Source of the DNA: an uncultured Candidatus Saccharibacteria bacterium | GTDB taxonomy: Bacteria > Patescibacteriota > Minisyncoccia > Phycocordibacterales > CAIRYW01 | DNA: 64,000 nucleotides | Direction: 5' to 3' | Assembly: GCA_964386665.1 (NCBI GenBank) | Contig: CAYLQP010000003.1 | Span: 28,731-92,730, forward strand | Shown: piece by piece, positions 8,546 through 17,488 of the stretch | Position numbering within the stretch: position 1 is the stretch's first letter | Layout: every line of letters starts with the position of its first letter | The notes under the pieces: model-generated | The model's input: the letters and a program-made list of their open reading frames with translations, nothing else | Told to the model about the DNA's origin: nothing | Databases searched by the model: none | Position numbers and translations under genes: made by a program

Positions 8546-9619
8546 CAGCCCCTCCTCTCTCAACTCCTCCACGAGCTTTCGCGATTGTTTTGAAAGTTTG
8601 TTTGGAGTTTTGATATGTATATGGATCAAGATATCTCCACGACCGTTTCCATGAGGCACTCCTTTTCCTCTTACCTTAAGCACATCGAGATGTTTGGTTC
8701 CTTCGGGAATACTCACCACTATATTGCCATCAAGTGTTTCAAGTCCTATCTCTGCCCCAAGGAGCGCGTCCGTTAGTTTGATTTCGAGAATGGTTTCAAG
8801 ATTGAAACCTGCCTTTTTAAACACCTTACTTGGTTTGACATAAATCTTGATAAATAAATCTCCATTTTGTCCTCCACGTACCGCTTCACCTCGTCCAGTT
8901 ACTCGAAGCATTTCTCCATGTTCAATCCCTGAAGGAATCTGTACTTCAATATCTTCACTTTGTTTGTGGACTCCTGCACCATGACAGACACCACACTTAT
9001 TTTTTGGAATTGCACCCACACCAAAACAACTATCACACACACGCTCACTTGCCACTTGTCCGAAGATAGATCGTTTCATTTCTCGAATGACACCCTGACC
9101 ATTACAATGTGTACACGTATTCATTTGTGAGCCAGCTTCTGCCCCGTTTCCATTACAATTCTTGCAACTTGAAACTTTGTTGAGGTGGATTTTTTTTGCG
9201 ACACCAAACACTGCGTCTTTGAAATCAAGTTCAACGTCAACTTGGATATCATTCCCCTTTTTTGTTTTTTGTCTGCGACCTCCGCCTCCGCCGAAAATAT
9301 CCCCAAAAATATCCCCAAGATCTCCCATATCAAACTGAAACCCACCACCTTGTCCTCCAAATCCACCAAAGTCAAACCCTTCGAAACCAGCTCCTCCACT
9401 CGATCCTGCTCCTGTGTCTCCAAACCGATCATACTGAGCTCGTTTTTGCGTATCAGAAAGCACAGTATATGCTTCACTTACTTCCTTGAAGCGTTTGTCA
9501 TCTCCACCCTTCTTGTCTGGATGGTGTTCGTGCGCAAGTTTTCTAAACGCTTTTTTGATTTCGTCTTGGGAAGCGTTCTTAGAAACACCTAGTATATTAT
9601 AGTAGTCTTTTTTGTTCAT
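8543..9619 (-). CDS. dnaJ: Chaperone DnaJ
   Basis: J-domain (YYNILGV…HPDK), a G/F-rich linker, and four CxxCxGxG zinc-finger repeats. Confidence 0.9.
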   Translation of the reverse strand: MNKKDYYNILGVSKNASQDEIKKAFRKLAHEHHPDKKGGDDKRFKEVSEAYTVLSDTQKRAQYDRFGDTGAGSSGGAGFEGFDFGGFGGQGGGFQFDMGDLGDIFGDIFGGGGGRRQKTKKGNDIQVDVELDFKDAVFGVAKKIHLNKVSSCKNCNGNGAEAGSQMNTCTHCNGQGVIREMKRSIFGQVASERVCDSCFGVGAIPKNKCGVCHGAGVHKQSEDIEVQIPSGIEHGEMLRVTGRGEAVRGGQNGDLFIKIYVKPSKVFKKAGFNLETILEIKLTDALLGAEIGLETLDGNIVVSIPEGTKHLDVLKVRGKGVPHGNGRGDILIHIHIKTPNKLSKQSRKLVEELREEGL

Positions 9620-9678
9620 CTGTTATTTTAGTCAAAAATTAAAAGTTAAAAATCAAAATTGAATGTAAAAAGTCAAAA

Positions 9679-10047
9679 TTATAACTTTTTTAAACTCATT
9701 ACGCTTTTTCCGAGCATATTGGAAATTTGCTCCGCTTCATCAATAATCAATTCAAGATCTTTGATAGCAACTAGTTTTGAATCTTTTAAGAGATTAAGCC
9801 AATAAAGCGTTTCATTTGAGCTTTTAAGTGATATCTCATAAAACTTCTTAAATTCTAATCTCGAGCTAGAGGCTTTTGCTTCCACAATGTTCGCACCGAT
9901 TGAGGTGGCAGATCTAAGTAATTGATCACCAATGACCCAACCGGCACGTTTTTGTGGTAAAGAATCCAAAAGTCTAATGATACTTAAACTAAACTGATAA
10001 GTTCGTTGTTTGAGATCGGTTTTGAACTTTGAGTTTAAATTTTGCAT
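9679..10047 (-). CDS. Four-helix-bundle protein (23S rRNA intervening-sequence-type family)
   Basis: …GWVIGDQLLRSATSIGANIVEA… is typical of the TIGR02436-like four-helix-bundle proteins. Here it sits between dnaK and dnaJ. Confidence 0.55.
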   Translation of the reverse strand: MQNLNSKFKTDLKQRTYQFSLSIIRLLDSLPQKRAGWVIGDQLLRSATSIGANIVEAKASSSRLEFKKFYEISLKSSNETLYWLNLLKDSKLVAIKDLELIIDEAEQISNMLGKSVMSLKKL

Positions 10048-10073
10048 TTTGATTTTTGAATTCTTACTTTTAC

Positions 10074-11963
10074 CTATTTCTTCTCTTCCTCCTTAAACTC
10101 AGCTTCTTTTGGTTCTTCTTGCTTTGGAGTGTCAGCTGATGATTCAGGATTTGCTTGTTGAGATTGTTTTGCCATCTCTTCACCAATCTTTGACATCTCA
10201 GTTGAAAGTGCTTCTGTTGCTTTTTTCATTGTCTCAATATCATTTCCTTCTTTTGCTGTTTTGAGATCTGCAATCTTTGCTTCAACAGATGCTTTCAAAT
10301 CTGCACTTATCTTGTCTCCATTGTCCTTAAGAGACTTCTCAGCAGTGTAAAGTACTTGATCAGCGATATTTTTCGCTTCGATTTCAAGTTTTTTCTTCTC
10401 ATCATCTGCTGCATGCATCTCAGCATCTTTTTGCATCTTTTCGATATCTTCTTTTGAAAGTCCAGAACTTGCTTCGATTCGGATTGAGTTTTCTTTGTTC
10501 GTTGCCTTATCCTTCGCCTTCACAGAAAGAATTCCGTTTGCATCAATATCAAAGGTTACTTCCACTTGAGGTACTCCTCGAGGTGCAGGTGGGATTCCAT
10601 CAAGAATAAATCTTCCCAAACTCTTGTTGTCAGAGGCCATTGCTCGTTCTCCTTGAACGATATGAATTTCAGTTGAAGTTTGGTTATCTGTTGCGGTTGA
10701 GAATACTTGAGACTTTGAAGTTGGAATAGTTGTGTTCTTTTCAATCAATTTTGTTGCTACTCCTCCCATTGTTTCGATTCCAAGAGAAAGCGGGATTACA
10801 TCAAGAAGAAGTACATCTTTCACATCTCCTCCAAGAATTCCTCCTTGAATAGCAGCCCCAAGAGCTACTACTTCATCTGGGTTTACTCCCATATTTGGCT
10901 CTTTGTTGAAGAAGTCTTTTACCGCTTTTTGGATTGCTGGCATTCGAGTTTGTCCTCCAACCAGGATCACCTCATTGATATCTCCCACCTTAAATGGTGA
11001 TGCTTCAACCGCTCGTTTAGTAATAGACATTGCTCGGTCGATAAACTCAGAAGTCAACTCTTCGAGTTTTGCTCGAGTAAGTGTGATGAGTAAGTGACGA
11101 GGTCCTGAACTATCTGATGTAATGAACGGAATATTTACTTCTGTTTGAACTGCTGTCGAAAGCTCGATCTTGGCTTTTTCTGCCGCTTCGTCTAATCGTT
11201 GCAACGCAAGAGCATCTCCTCGAAGATCAATACCTGATTCTTTTTTGAACTCATCGGCAAGGAAGTTAATGATTTTTTGATCTAAGTCCTTTCCTCCGAG
11301 GTGTGCGTCTCCATCAGTTGATTTTACTTCTACAACATCATCCCCTACTTCAAGTACTGAGATATCAAATGTTCCTCCTCCGAAGTCGAACACTACGATC
11401 TTTTCATCTTTTTTCTTGTTGAATCCGTATGCAAGAGCAGCAGCAGTTGGTTCGTTGATGATTCGCATTACTTCAAGTCCTGCAATCTTTCCTGCATCTT
11501 TGGTTGCTTGTCGTTGTGCATCGTTGAAGTACGCAGGTACCGTAATTACTGCTTGTGTGACAGGTTCTCCTACTCGTGCTTCTGCGTCAGCTTTGAGCTT
11601 TTGGAGAATCATCGCAGAAATCTCTTCTGGACGATATTCTTTGTTCCCCATTTTTACTTCGATTCCTCCGTTTGAAGACTTTGTTATTTCGTATGGAACT
11701 GAAGCTTTGTCTTTTTGAACCGGAGCCTCATCGAAGTTATGTCCGATAAATCGCTTGATTTGATAAATTGTGTTTTTTGGGTTTGTTACTCCTTGTCGTT
11801 TTGCAAGAAGCCCTGCAAGACGTTCCCCTGTTTTACTTTCGGCAACGATCGAAGGAGTCGTTCGAGCTCCTTCTGCGTTTTCGAGAATCTTTGGACTACC
11901 TGCCTCCATTACCGCAATAGCAGAGTTAGTAGTTCCAAGGTCAATACCAATTATTTTTGACAT
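10074..11963 (-). CDS. dnaK: Chaperone DnaK (Hsp70)
   Basis: [18 protein letters not shown]…, full Hsp70 signatures (DLGGGTFD) and an acidic EEKK tail. Confidence 0.95.
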   Translation of the reverse strand: MSKIIGIDLGTTNSAIAVMEAGSPKILENAEGARTTPSIVAESKTGERLAGLLAKRQGVTNPKNTIYQIKRFIGHNFDEAPVQKDKASVPYEITKSSNGGIEVKMGNKEYRPEEISAMILQKLKADAEARVGEPVTQAVITVPAYFNDAQRQATKDAGKIAGLEVMRIINEPTAAALAYGFNKKKDEKIVVFDFGGGTFDISVLEVGDDVVEVKSTDGDAHLGGKDLDQKIINFLADEFKKESGIDLRGDALALQRLDEAAEKAKIELSTAVQTEVNIPFITSDSSGPRHLLITLTRAKLEELTSEFIDRAMSITKRAVEASPFKVGDINEVILVGGQTRMPAIQKAVKDFFNKEPNMGVNPDEVVALGAAIQGGILGGDVKDVLLLDVIPLSLGIETMGGVATKLIEKNTTIPTSKSQVFSTATDNQTSTEIHIVQGERAMASDNKSLGRFILDGIPPAPRGVPQVEVTFDIDANGILSVKAKDKATNKENSIRIEASSGLSKEDIEKMQKDAEMHAADDEKKKLEIEAKNIADQVLYTAEKSLKDNGDKISADLKASVEAKIADLKTAKEGNDIETMKKATEALSTEMSKIGEEMAKQSQQANPESSADTPKQEEPKEAEFKEEEKK

Positions 11964-11985
11964 AAATTTTTTAGTTAGTTAGATG

Positions 11986-12044
11986 CTAGGCTTTGGGCAC
12001 TAGCTAGTTTAATAAACAAATTACAAGCACCAAATAACAAACAA
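11986..12044. repeat. Short intergenic repeat (family member B)
   Basis: ctaggctttgggcactagctagttt aataaacaaattacaagcaccaaataacaaacaa, about 90% identical to 7813..7872. It ends 22 bp upstream of the dnaK ATG. Confidence 0.6.
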
Positions 12045-12133
12045 TCCTCAAATCTTAATTTTGCAAATTCCAATCGTAGATTAATTATTGGAGTTTGAAT
12101 TTTATTTGTGATTTGGAATTTGGTTCTTGGTGA

Positions 12134-12433
12134 TTACGCTAGCGTTGGCGCACGTGGTTTAGATCCGTTGATATCAATAAGACTACTTACATAAGGAGAT
12201 TGAATCGCAAGATTAAAAGTTGAAATAAGCAAGTCATCAAATACAGAAGTACTTTGACATATAGGCAAAGCGATTGTTTCCGAAAGGTCTTCAATCTTGC
12301 CAAGAGGAATTACCTTAATAATTTCTGCCTTTACCCCATCAAGTTCATTTGAAACAGCAAAAAAGACACGGAAAATAAAGCCGTTTTTCTCGATTACTTT
12401 TTCAACTATTTGTTTTCGGGTAGTTGTAAGCAT
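12134..12433 (-). CDS. Hypothetical protein (99 aa) between grpE and dnaK
   Basis: ORF only. It occupies the position where hrcA is expected in Gram-positive-like chaperone operons but does not resemble hrcA. Confidence 0.3.
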   Translation of the reverse strand: MLTTTRKQIVEKVIEKNGFIFRVFFAVSNELDGVKAEIIKVIPLGKIEDLSETIALPICQSTSVFDDLLISTFNLAIQSPYVSSLIDINGSKPRAPTLA

Positions 12434-12485
12434 TTGTTTAATTATACCAAAACAATATCAAAACTAAAACCCCAACACAAGACCT

Positions 12486-13079
12486 TTATTTCTTCTCAAA
12501 CACCTTCACTCCTGCTGGGCGGATTTCTTTACCATTTAGTACATAGCCTTTTTGCATTACTTCTGCAACCAAACCTACTTTTGATTCATCGTCAGTTTCA
12601 ACCACTCCAACTGGATTATGTTTCATTACATCGAGCTTTTGTCCTACGGGATTTTCTTGTTTAACTCCTGCGTTTTCGAGAGTTCTAAGTATTTGATTGT
12701 AAATGTATTCAATACCGCTTCGCCATGCACTATCAACTTTTTCCCAGGCTTCTTTGTTCGCCATTGCCATATCAAAAGCATCGAGTGTTGGTAACAACTC
12801 CACAATGAAGTTTTCATTTGCATACTTAATTAGTTCAAGTCGAGACTTATCCGCTTCTTTTTGAGCGTTCACATAGTCAGCTTTTGTACGTTGCCAACCG
12901 AGAAGGTTCTCAGCACTTTCTTTTTGCAACTCTTTTATCTTTGTCTTGAGTTTTTTGATTTCAGCCCTCGCGTCTTCTTCTGAATATTCCATATCTAAAT
13001 CTGCATCTAGATCGGTGTCTGAATTTGTATTTGGCTCGATTGTTACATCGTCTTGTTCTTCTTGTTGTTGATTATCCAT
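12486..13079 (-). CDS. grpE: Nucleotide exchange factor GrpE
   Basis: Acidic N-terminus, a coiled-coil tail (…LLGWQRTKADYVNAQKEADK…), and C-terminal FDMAMA/ENPVG motifs. Confidence 0.85.
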   Translation of the reverse strand: MDNQQQEEQDDVTIEPNTNSDTDLDADLDMEYSEEDARAEIKKLKTKIKELQKESAENLLGWQRTKADYVNAQKEADKSRLELIKYANENFIVELLPTLDAFDMAMANKEAWEKVDSAWRSGIEYIYNQILRTLENAGVKQENPVGQKLDVMKHNPVGVVETDDESKVGLVAEVMQKGYVLNGKEIRPAGVKVFEKK

Positions 13080-13116
13080 AGATACATTGTATAAAAAAAG
13101 AGAGAAATTTCAACTT

Positions 13117-13150
13117 ACAAAAAACTTCGCTTTGTGGCGAAGTTTTTTTG
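13117..13150. terminator. Bidirectional terminator hairpin
   Basis: aaaaaa-cttcgc-tttgtg-gcgaag-ttttttt. Confidence 0.5.
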
Positions 13151-13317
13151 GTTTTTTGAAGTTATTGTTTTGACCATTGCGGGTCCCAGATATTTTTCTG
13201 GTGAAAAATTCCGTGACCTCGTCTCGCGCCGTCGCGCTCCGACCTTGCAGTCGGGTCCCTTTCCCGACTTCACTTTTCGCGCTCCGCCCGCAAGGCGCTA
13301 CATAGTGGTTAGTAAAG

Positions 13318-13352
13318 CAAAAAAAAATCCCCTTTCGGGGATATTTTTTATC
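13318..13352. terminator. Bidirectional terminator hairpin (rpsI terminator)
   Basis: aaaaaaaaa-tcccc-tttc-gggga-tatttttt. Confidence 0.55.
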
Positions 13353-13752
13353 GCTTTGACCACTGTGGCGCCTTGCGGGCTTTCTTGAGACCGAATTTTC
13401 GTCGTTCTTTTGCTCGGGCATCTCGCTTAAGGAGACCTTCTTTTTTGAGTGCTCCTCGAAGGTGTTTATCGTATACTGTAAGAGCTCGGGCAATTCCAAG
13501 AGATACTGCACCTGCTTGTGATGAAATTCCTCCTCCAACTACTTCAACTGAAACTTTAAATTTTTGTTCAATACCAGATTTGACAAAAGGAGCAGAAACT
13601 GTTTTTTGTAAATCAGCTGTTGGAAAATGTACTTCAAAAGCTTTTTTGTTGATTATAAAAGATGTTTTAGAATCAGGAGTAATTCGCACTCGTGCAATAG
13701 AGGTTTTTCGTCGTCCTAGCCCTTCAAAATATGTTGTATCTTTAGTCGCCAT
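13348..13752 (-). CDS. rpsI: 30S ribosomal protein S9
   Basis: C-terminal …RKFGLKKARKAPQWSKR. Confidence 0.9.
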   Translation of the reverse strand: MATKDTTYFEGLGRRKTSIARVRITPDSKTSFIINKKAFEVHFPTADLQKTVSAPFVKSGIEQKFKVSVEVVGGGISSQAGAVSLGIARALTVYDKHLRGALKKEGLLKRDARAKERRKFGLKKARKAPQWSKR

Positions 13753-13756
13753 ATAA

Positions 13757-14101
13757 TTATTCTGTTATTTTAAGATTTAAAAGCATTTTTGCTCGAAGTT
13801 TGTTTTTTGGAAGCATTCCAGAAATAGCGTGTTTGAGCACTTCACTGTATCCCTTCTTCTTTGTTACACGTTCAAGAGTTTCTTTTGTAAGTCCTCCTGG
13901 GTATCCAGAATATCGTGAGTGTGTACTTTCTTTTAGCTTCTTTTCAGTGATTGAAATAAGAGAAGCGTTTGTAATAACCACCTTTGAAACTGGCATTTTG
14001 TTTCGTGCAAAATCAACTGAATCTTTGTTCATCAAAAGATGTGCCGCCTTACTTGCGATTCGTCCTAGTTTTTGGTTTGTTGCGTCAATTGTATGTTCCA
14101 T
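13757..14101 (-). CDS. rplM: 50S ribosomal protein L13
   Basis: N-terminal …ATNQKLGRIASKAAHLL… is the L13 signature. Confidence 0.9.
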   Translation of the reverse strand: MEHTIDATNQKLGRIASKAAHLLMNKDSVDFARNKMPVSKVVITNASLISITEKKLKESTHSRYSGYPGGLTKETLERVTKKKGYSEVLKHAISGMLPKNKLRAKMLLNLKITE

Positions 14102-14108
14102 AATATTT

Positions 14109-14462
14109 TTACTTTACAAATTCTATAAATGCCATCTTACTTGCATCTTTCTGACGTCGTGGAAGTTTGATGATTCGTGTGTAACCTCCATTTACTTCTT
14201 TGAATACAGGAGCGATATCTGCAAACATTTTTGTAAGCGCAACACCATTACCGATTTTTGTTGCAACAAGTCTTCGAGATGCCACAGAGTCAACCTTAGC
14301 TTTAGTAATAAGCTTTTCAATATGAGGTCGAAGTTCTTTTGCTTTTGCTTCTGTCGTAGTGATCTTTTCTCGAGTGATAAGAGCAACAGACAATGCCTTC
14401 AAAAGCGCTTTTCTTTGATTTCGATCTCTTTTAAATTTTCGTGGTTTACTGTGGTGTCTCAT
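14109..14462 (-). CDS. rplQ: 50S ribosomal protein L17
   Basis: MRHHSKPRKFKRDRNQRKALL… and the conserved L17 core. Confidence 0.9.
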   Translation of the reverse strand: MRHHSKPRKFKRDRNQRKALLKALSVALITREKITTTEAKAKELRPHIEKLITKAKVDSVASRRLVATKIGNGVALTKMFADIAPVFKEVNGGYTRIIKLPRRQKDASKMAFIEFVK

Positions 14463-14468
14463 GGTACT

Positions 14469-15434
14469 TTATTTTAATTCGATTGAAAATTCCTTCAACA
14501 TGTTTTTGATTTCTTGTACGCCTTTTGCCCCAAGTCCATCAATTTCACCAAGATCTTTTTCTTTTTTTCGAGCAAGACCTCCTACTGTTCGGATATTTGC
14601 ATTAATAAGTGCATTGATTGTTCGTTGTGATAAATCAAGAGATTCAATTCGAGTCTTAAATACATCCTCAAGATCTTCTTTGTCTCCACTTTCTTCATCA
14701 GTAGATTCTTCAACTTCTCGTACAAGAGGAGCGTCATCTTCTTCTTTGAATCCAACAATCGCTCGGAGTTGATTGATCATTGTAGCAATTGAAGTTTCAA
14801 GAGCAGCTCGTGGAGCAATACTTCCATCAGATTCAATAGAAATCTTGAGACGGTTGAAGTCAGTTCGGTTTCCTACTCGCATATTTTCTACTTCGTAGTT
14901 CACTCGTCGAATCGGACTAAAAAGTGCATCAACTGCAATCGCACCGATTTCAACTCTTTCTCGTTGAACCATTTCTTTTGAAAGATACCCAAGTCCTTTT
15001 TGAATTTCGATTTCCATTACAAGTTCGAAGTTCTTATCAGTTACTTCACAGATGTATTGATCTCCGTTCATAATTTCTACTTGACCTGGAAGTTTGATAT
15101 CAGACGCAGTTACAACCTGAGGTCCTCTTACAGAAACAGTAACTGTTTGTGCTTCATCAGAAAGAATCTTAAACCGAAGTTTTTTCAAGTTTAAGATAAT
15201 AGTGATCACATCTTCTTTTACCCCATCAATCGTTGAGAATTCATGATTCGCTCCCTTGATTTTAAGACTTGTAACCGCAACTCCTTCAATTGAAGAAAGA
15301 ATGATTCGTCTAAGTGAGTTACCAAGCGTATGTCCATACCCTGGGTAAAGTCCATCGATTTCATACATACCAAAAGAACCTTCTTCTTTGATTATCTTTG
15401 GTTGTGAGGGCAATAGAATTTTTGTTTCTGCCAT
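14469..15434 (-). CDS. rpoA: DNA-directed RNA polymerase subunit alpha
   Basis: N-terminal assembly domain (…YGHTLGNSLRRILLSS…) and a C-terminal αCTD helix-hairpin-helix. Confidence 0.9.
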   Translation of the reverse strand: MAETKILLPSQPKIIKEEGSFGMYEIDGLYPGYGHTLGNSLRRIILSSIEGVAVTSLKIKGANHEFSTIDGVKEDVITIILNLKKLRFKILSDEAQTVTVSVRGPQVVTASDIKLPGQVEIMNGDQYICEVTDKNFELVMEIEIQKGLGYLSKEMVQRERVEIGAIAVDALFSPIRRVNYEVENMRVGNRTDFNRLKISIESDGSIAPRAALETSIATMINQLRAIVGFKEEDDAPLVREVEESTDEESGDKEDLEDVFKTRIESLDLSQRTINALINANIRTVGGLARKKEKDLGEIDGLGAKGVQEIKNMLKEFSIELK

Positions 15435-15510
15435 AATATTTAAATGTGACCTTATAATTGATTTAACTAAAAAACTTTACGATTATACCTTATTTTTTTG
15501 ATCTTAGCAA

Positions 15511-16113
15511 CTATCTTCGGTAATACTCGAACACCGCCTCCAGATCAAACATTAACTCTGTAGGTTTTGCTTTTGGAATACCAGAGACAACTCCTTCTTT
15601 TGTCTTCACATCAAATGTGATCCATTCAGGGATAGTGATGTCTTTGTATCGTGCTTCAAGGTCTTTGAAGAGTCCGGCTCCTTCACTTTCTTTTCTGATA
15701 GTTACTTTATCTCCGTTTTTTATTGCGTAAGAAGGAATAGTTACTTTTCGTCCGTTTACTTTGATGTGACCGTGAGAAACCATCTGTCGAGCTTGTCTTC
15801 GAGTAAGTGCAAATCCAAGTCGGTATGCAACGTTATCAAGTCGTCGTTCAAGTGCTTCAAAAAGTTTATCTGTTTGAGATCCTCCTTTTGATTCGAGGAT
15901 CATTTTTACATAGTTCTTAAATTGCTTTTCTGAAACTCCGTAAGTAAATCGAGCTTTTTGTTTTTCATTTAGTTGAAGACCAAAAGCACTTTTAGGTTTT
16001 CCAAAAGCTGCTTTTCTTCGCTCTTTTGAGGCAGCAAATTTAGCTGTTTGAGTTTTCTCAAATATTGGAGCTCCAAGCCGTCGTGCTAATTTGTATTTTG
16101 GTCCAAGTTTCAT
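15511..16113 (-). CDS. rpsD: 30S ribosomal protein S4
   Basis: MKLGPKYKLARRLG… and an S4 RNA-binding domain. Confidence 0.9.
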   Translation of the reverse strand: MKLGPKYKLARRLGAPIFEKTQTAKFAASKERRKAAFGKPKSAFGLQLNEKQKARFTYGVSEKQFKNYVKMILESKGGSQTDKLFEALERRLDNVAYRLGFALTRRQARQMVSHGHIKVNGRKVTIPSYAIKNGDKVTIRKESEGAGLFKDLEARYKDITIPEWITFDVKTKEGVVSGIPKAKPTELMFDLEAVFEYYRR

Positions 16114-16147
16114 AAAATGAATTCGATAATTTAAAGTTAAGTGTTAA

Positions 16148-16579
16148 TTATACTCGACGTGGTTTTGGTGGTCGAGGTCCGTTATGTGGTACTGGGGTTA
16201 CGTCTTTGATTCCAGTGATTTCAAAGTTACCTTTTGAGATAAAACCTCGAATTGATGATTCTCGTCCAGAACCAACACCGTTTACAACAACAGTAACTTG
16301 TTTTACTCCCATTGCAAGGGCTTTTGCTCCCAACGTTTCTCCGATTTTTGCAGCTGCAAATGGAGTACCTTTTTTTGCACCCTTAAATCCTAGACTTCCA
16401 CTTGAGCTCCAAGCAAGCGCATTTCCTTTCATATCAGTCAAAATAACCTTTGTGTTGTTGTATGTAGATTGGATATTTAAAATAACAGAATCTACTCTTT
16501 TCTTTGAAAGAGAAGAAGATCGAGGCTTATCATCCTCTTTTGATCCGTCCTTTTTAGTTATGATTCGTTTTTTTCCCAT
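16148..16579 (-). CDS. rpsK: 30S ribosomal protein S11
   Basis: …GFKGAKKGTPFAAAKIGE…VKGVGSGRESSIRG…. Confidence 0.9.
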   Translation of the reverse strand: MGKKRIITKKDGSKEDDKPRSSSLSKKRVDSVILNIQSTYNNTKVILTDMKGNALAWSSSGSLGFKGAKKGTPFAAAKIGETLGAKALAMGVKQVTVVVNGVGSGRESSIRGFISKGNFEITGIKDVTPVPHNGPRPPKPRRV

Positions 16580-16599
16580 TGTGTTGCCTTTGTTTATTA

Positions 16600-16977
16600 T
16601 TATTTCTTGTCAGCTTTCTTTCGTCCACTTCCCATCGTCTTTTTAACTCCTTTGAGTGTTCGAGCATTTGTCTTTGTTCTTTGCCCTCGCACTGGAAGTC
16701 TTTTCATATGACGTACTCCTCGGTAACATTTGATATCTTTGAGTCGTTTGATGTTTGAACTGATTTCTCGCTTGAGTTCACCTTCAAGTGTGAATCCTTC
16801 GATTACCTTTCGAATCTCGTTTTCTTGATCAGTTGAAAGATCTTTTCCTTTTGTTCCAGCATCTATACCTACTTGTTTAAGTATAGATTGCGCCAAAGGA
16901 CGTCCAATACCATACACGGCAGTTAAACCAATTTCTAATCTTTTTTCGTCTGGAATTGTAATACCTAATACTCGCAT
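16600..16977 (-). CDS. rpsM: 30S ribosomal protein S13
   Basis: [13 protein letters not shown]…YGIG…. Confidence 0.9.
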   Translation of the reverse strand: MRVLGITIPDEKRLEIGLTAVYGIGRPLAQSILKQVGIDAGTKGKDLSTDQENEIRKVIEGFTLEGELKREISSNIKRLKDIKCYRGVRHMKRLPVRGQRTKTNARTLKGVKKTMGSGRKKADKK

Positions 16978-16996
16978 AATATATTTTTATTTAAAA

Positions 16997-17113
16997 TTAC
17001 CCTTGTCTTTGCTTATGTCGCTTATCAGCTTTGCAAATAACTCGAACAAGACCCTTCCTTCGAACGACCTCGCATTTCGGACATATTTTTTTTACTGATG
17101 CTTTTACTTTCAT
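16997..17113 (-). CDS. rpmJ: 50S ribosomal protein L36 (not in ORF track, <60 aa)
   Basis: Manual translation of the minus strand gives [38 protein letters not shown], the canonical L36 zinc ribbon, in the expected infA-rpmJ-rpsM position. Confidence 0.8.
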   Translation of the reverse strand: MKVKASVKKICPKCEVVRRKGLVRVICKADKRHKQRQG

Positions 17114-17179
17114 AATATTTTGACAATATACTATACTCTCCTTTTTAAGTCAAAGGAAAATATACATTTACCTCATAAT

Positions 17180-17392
17180 TTAACCTCTTCTAATGATTCT
17201 CGCCTTTCCACCATAGGGATCTATCTCCATTTCTACCTTATCCCCAATCAACACTCTAATCCGATTTAACCTCATTTTTCCTGAAAGAAAAGCTAAAATA
17301 ACCTCACCATCTTCTTTCTCAACTTTAAAAAGAGTATTCGGTAACGCCTCTAAAACAACTCCATTTTCGGTCGGCTTTTTTTTTGTATCCAT
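17180..17392 (-). CDS. infA: Translation initiation factor IF-1
   Basis: 70-aa S1-like OB fold …[15 protein letters not shown]…[16 protein letters not shown]…. Confidence 0.9.
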   Translation of the reverse strand: MDTKKKPTENGVVLEALPNTLFKVEKEDGEVILAFLSGKMRLNRIRVLIGDKVEMEIDPYGGKARIIRRG

Positions 17393-17488
17393 TTACAATT
17401 TATGTACTTTTTATTATGTGTAAATTATAACTAATCTCATATCACAAGTCAAATAAACCTCTTTTTAAAGTTCTTGGGCTAGAGGCTT

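Noticed and set aside
12486-13200. CIRCE heat-shock operator upstream of grpE/dnaK
   Set aside because: No TTAGCACTC-N9-GAGTGCTAA-like inverted repeat was found upstream of grpE, dnaK or dnaJ.
13110-13538. 142-aa minus ORF and 84-aa plus ORF across the grpE-rpsI spacer
   Set aside because: The minus ORF overlaps rpsI out of frame and runs through two terminator hairpins. The composition is GC-rich non-coding-like. Treated as spurious.
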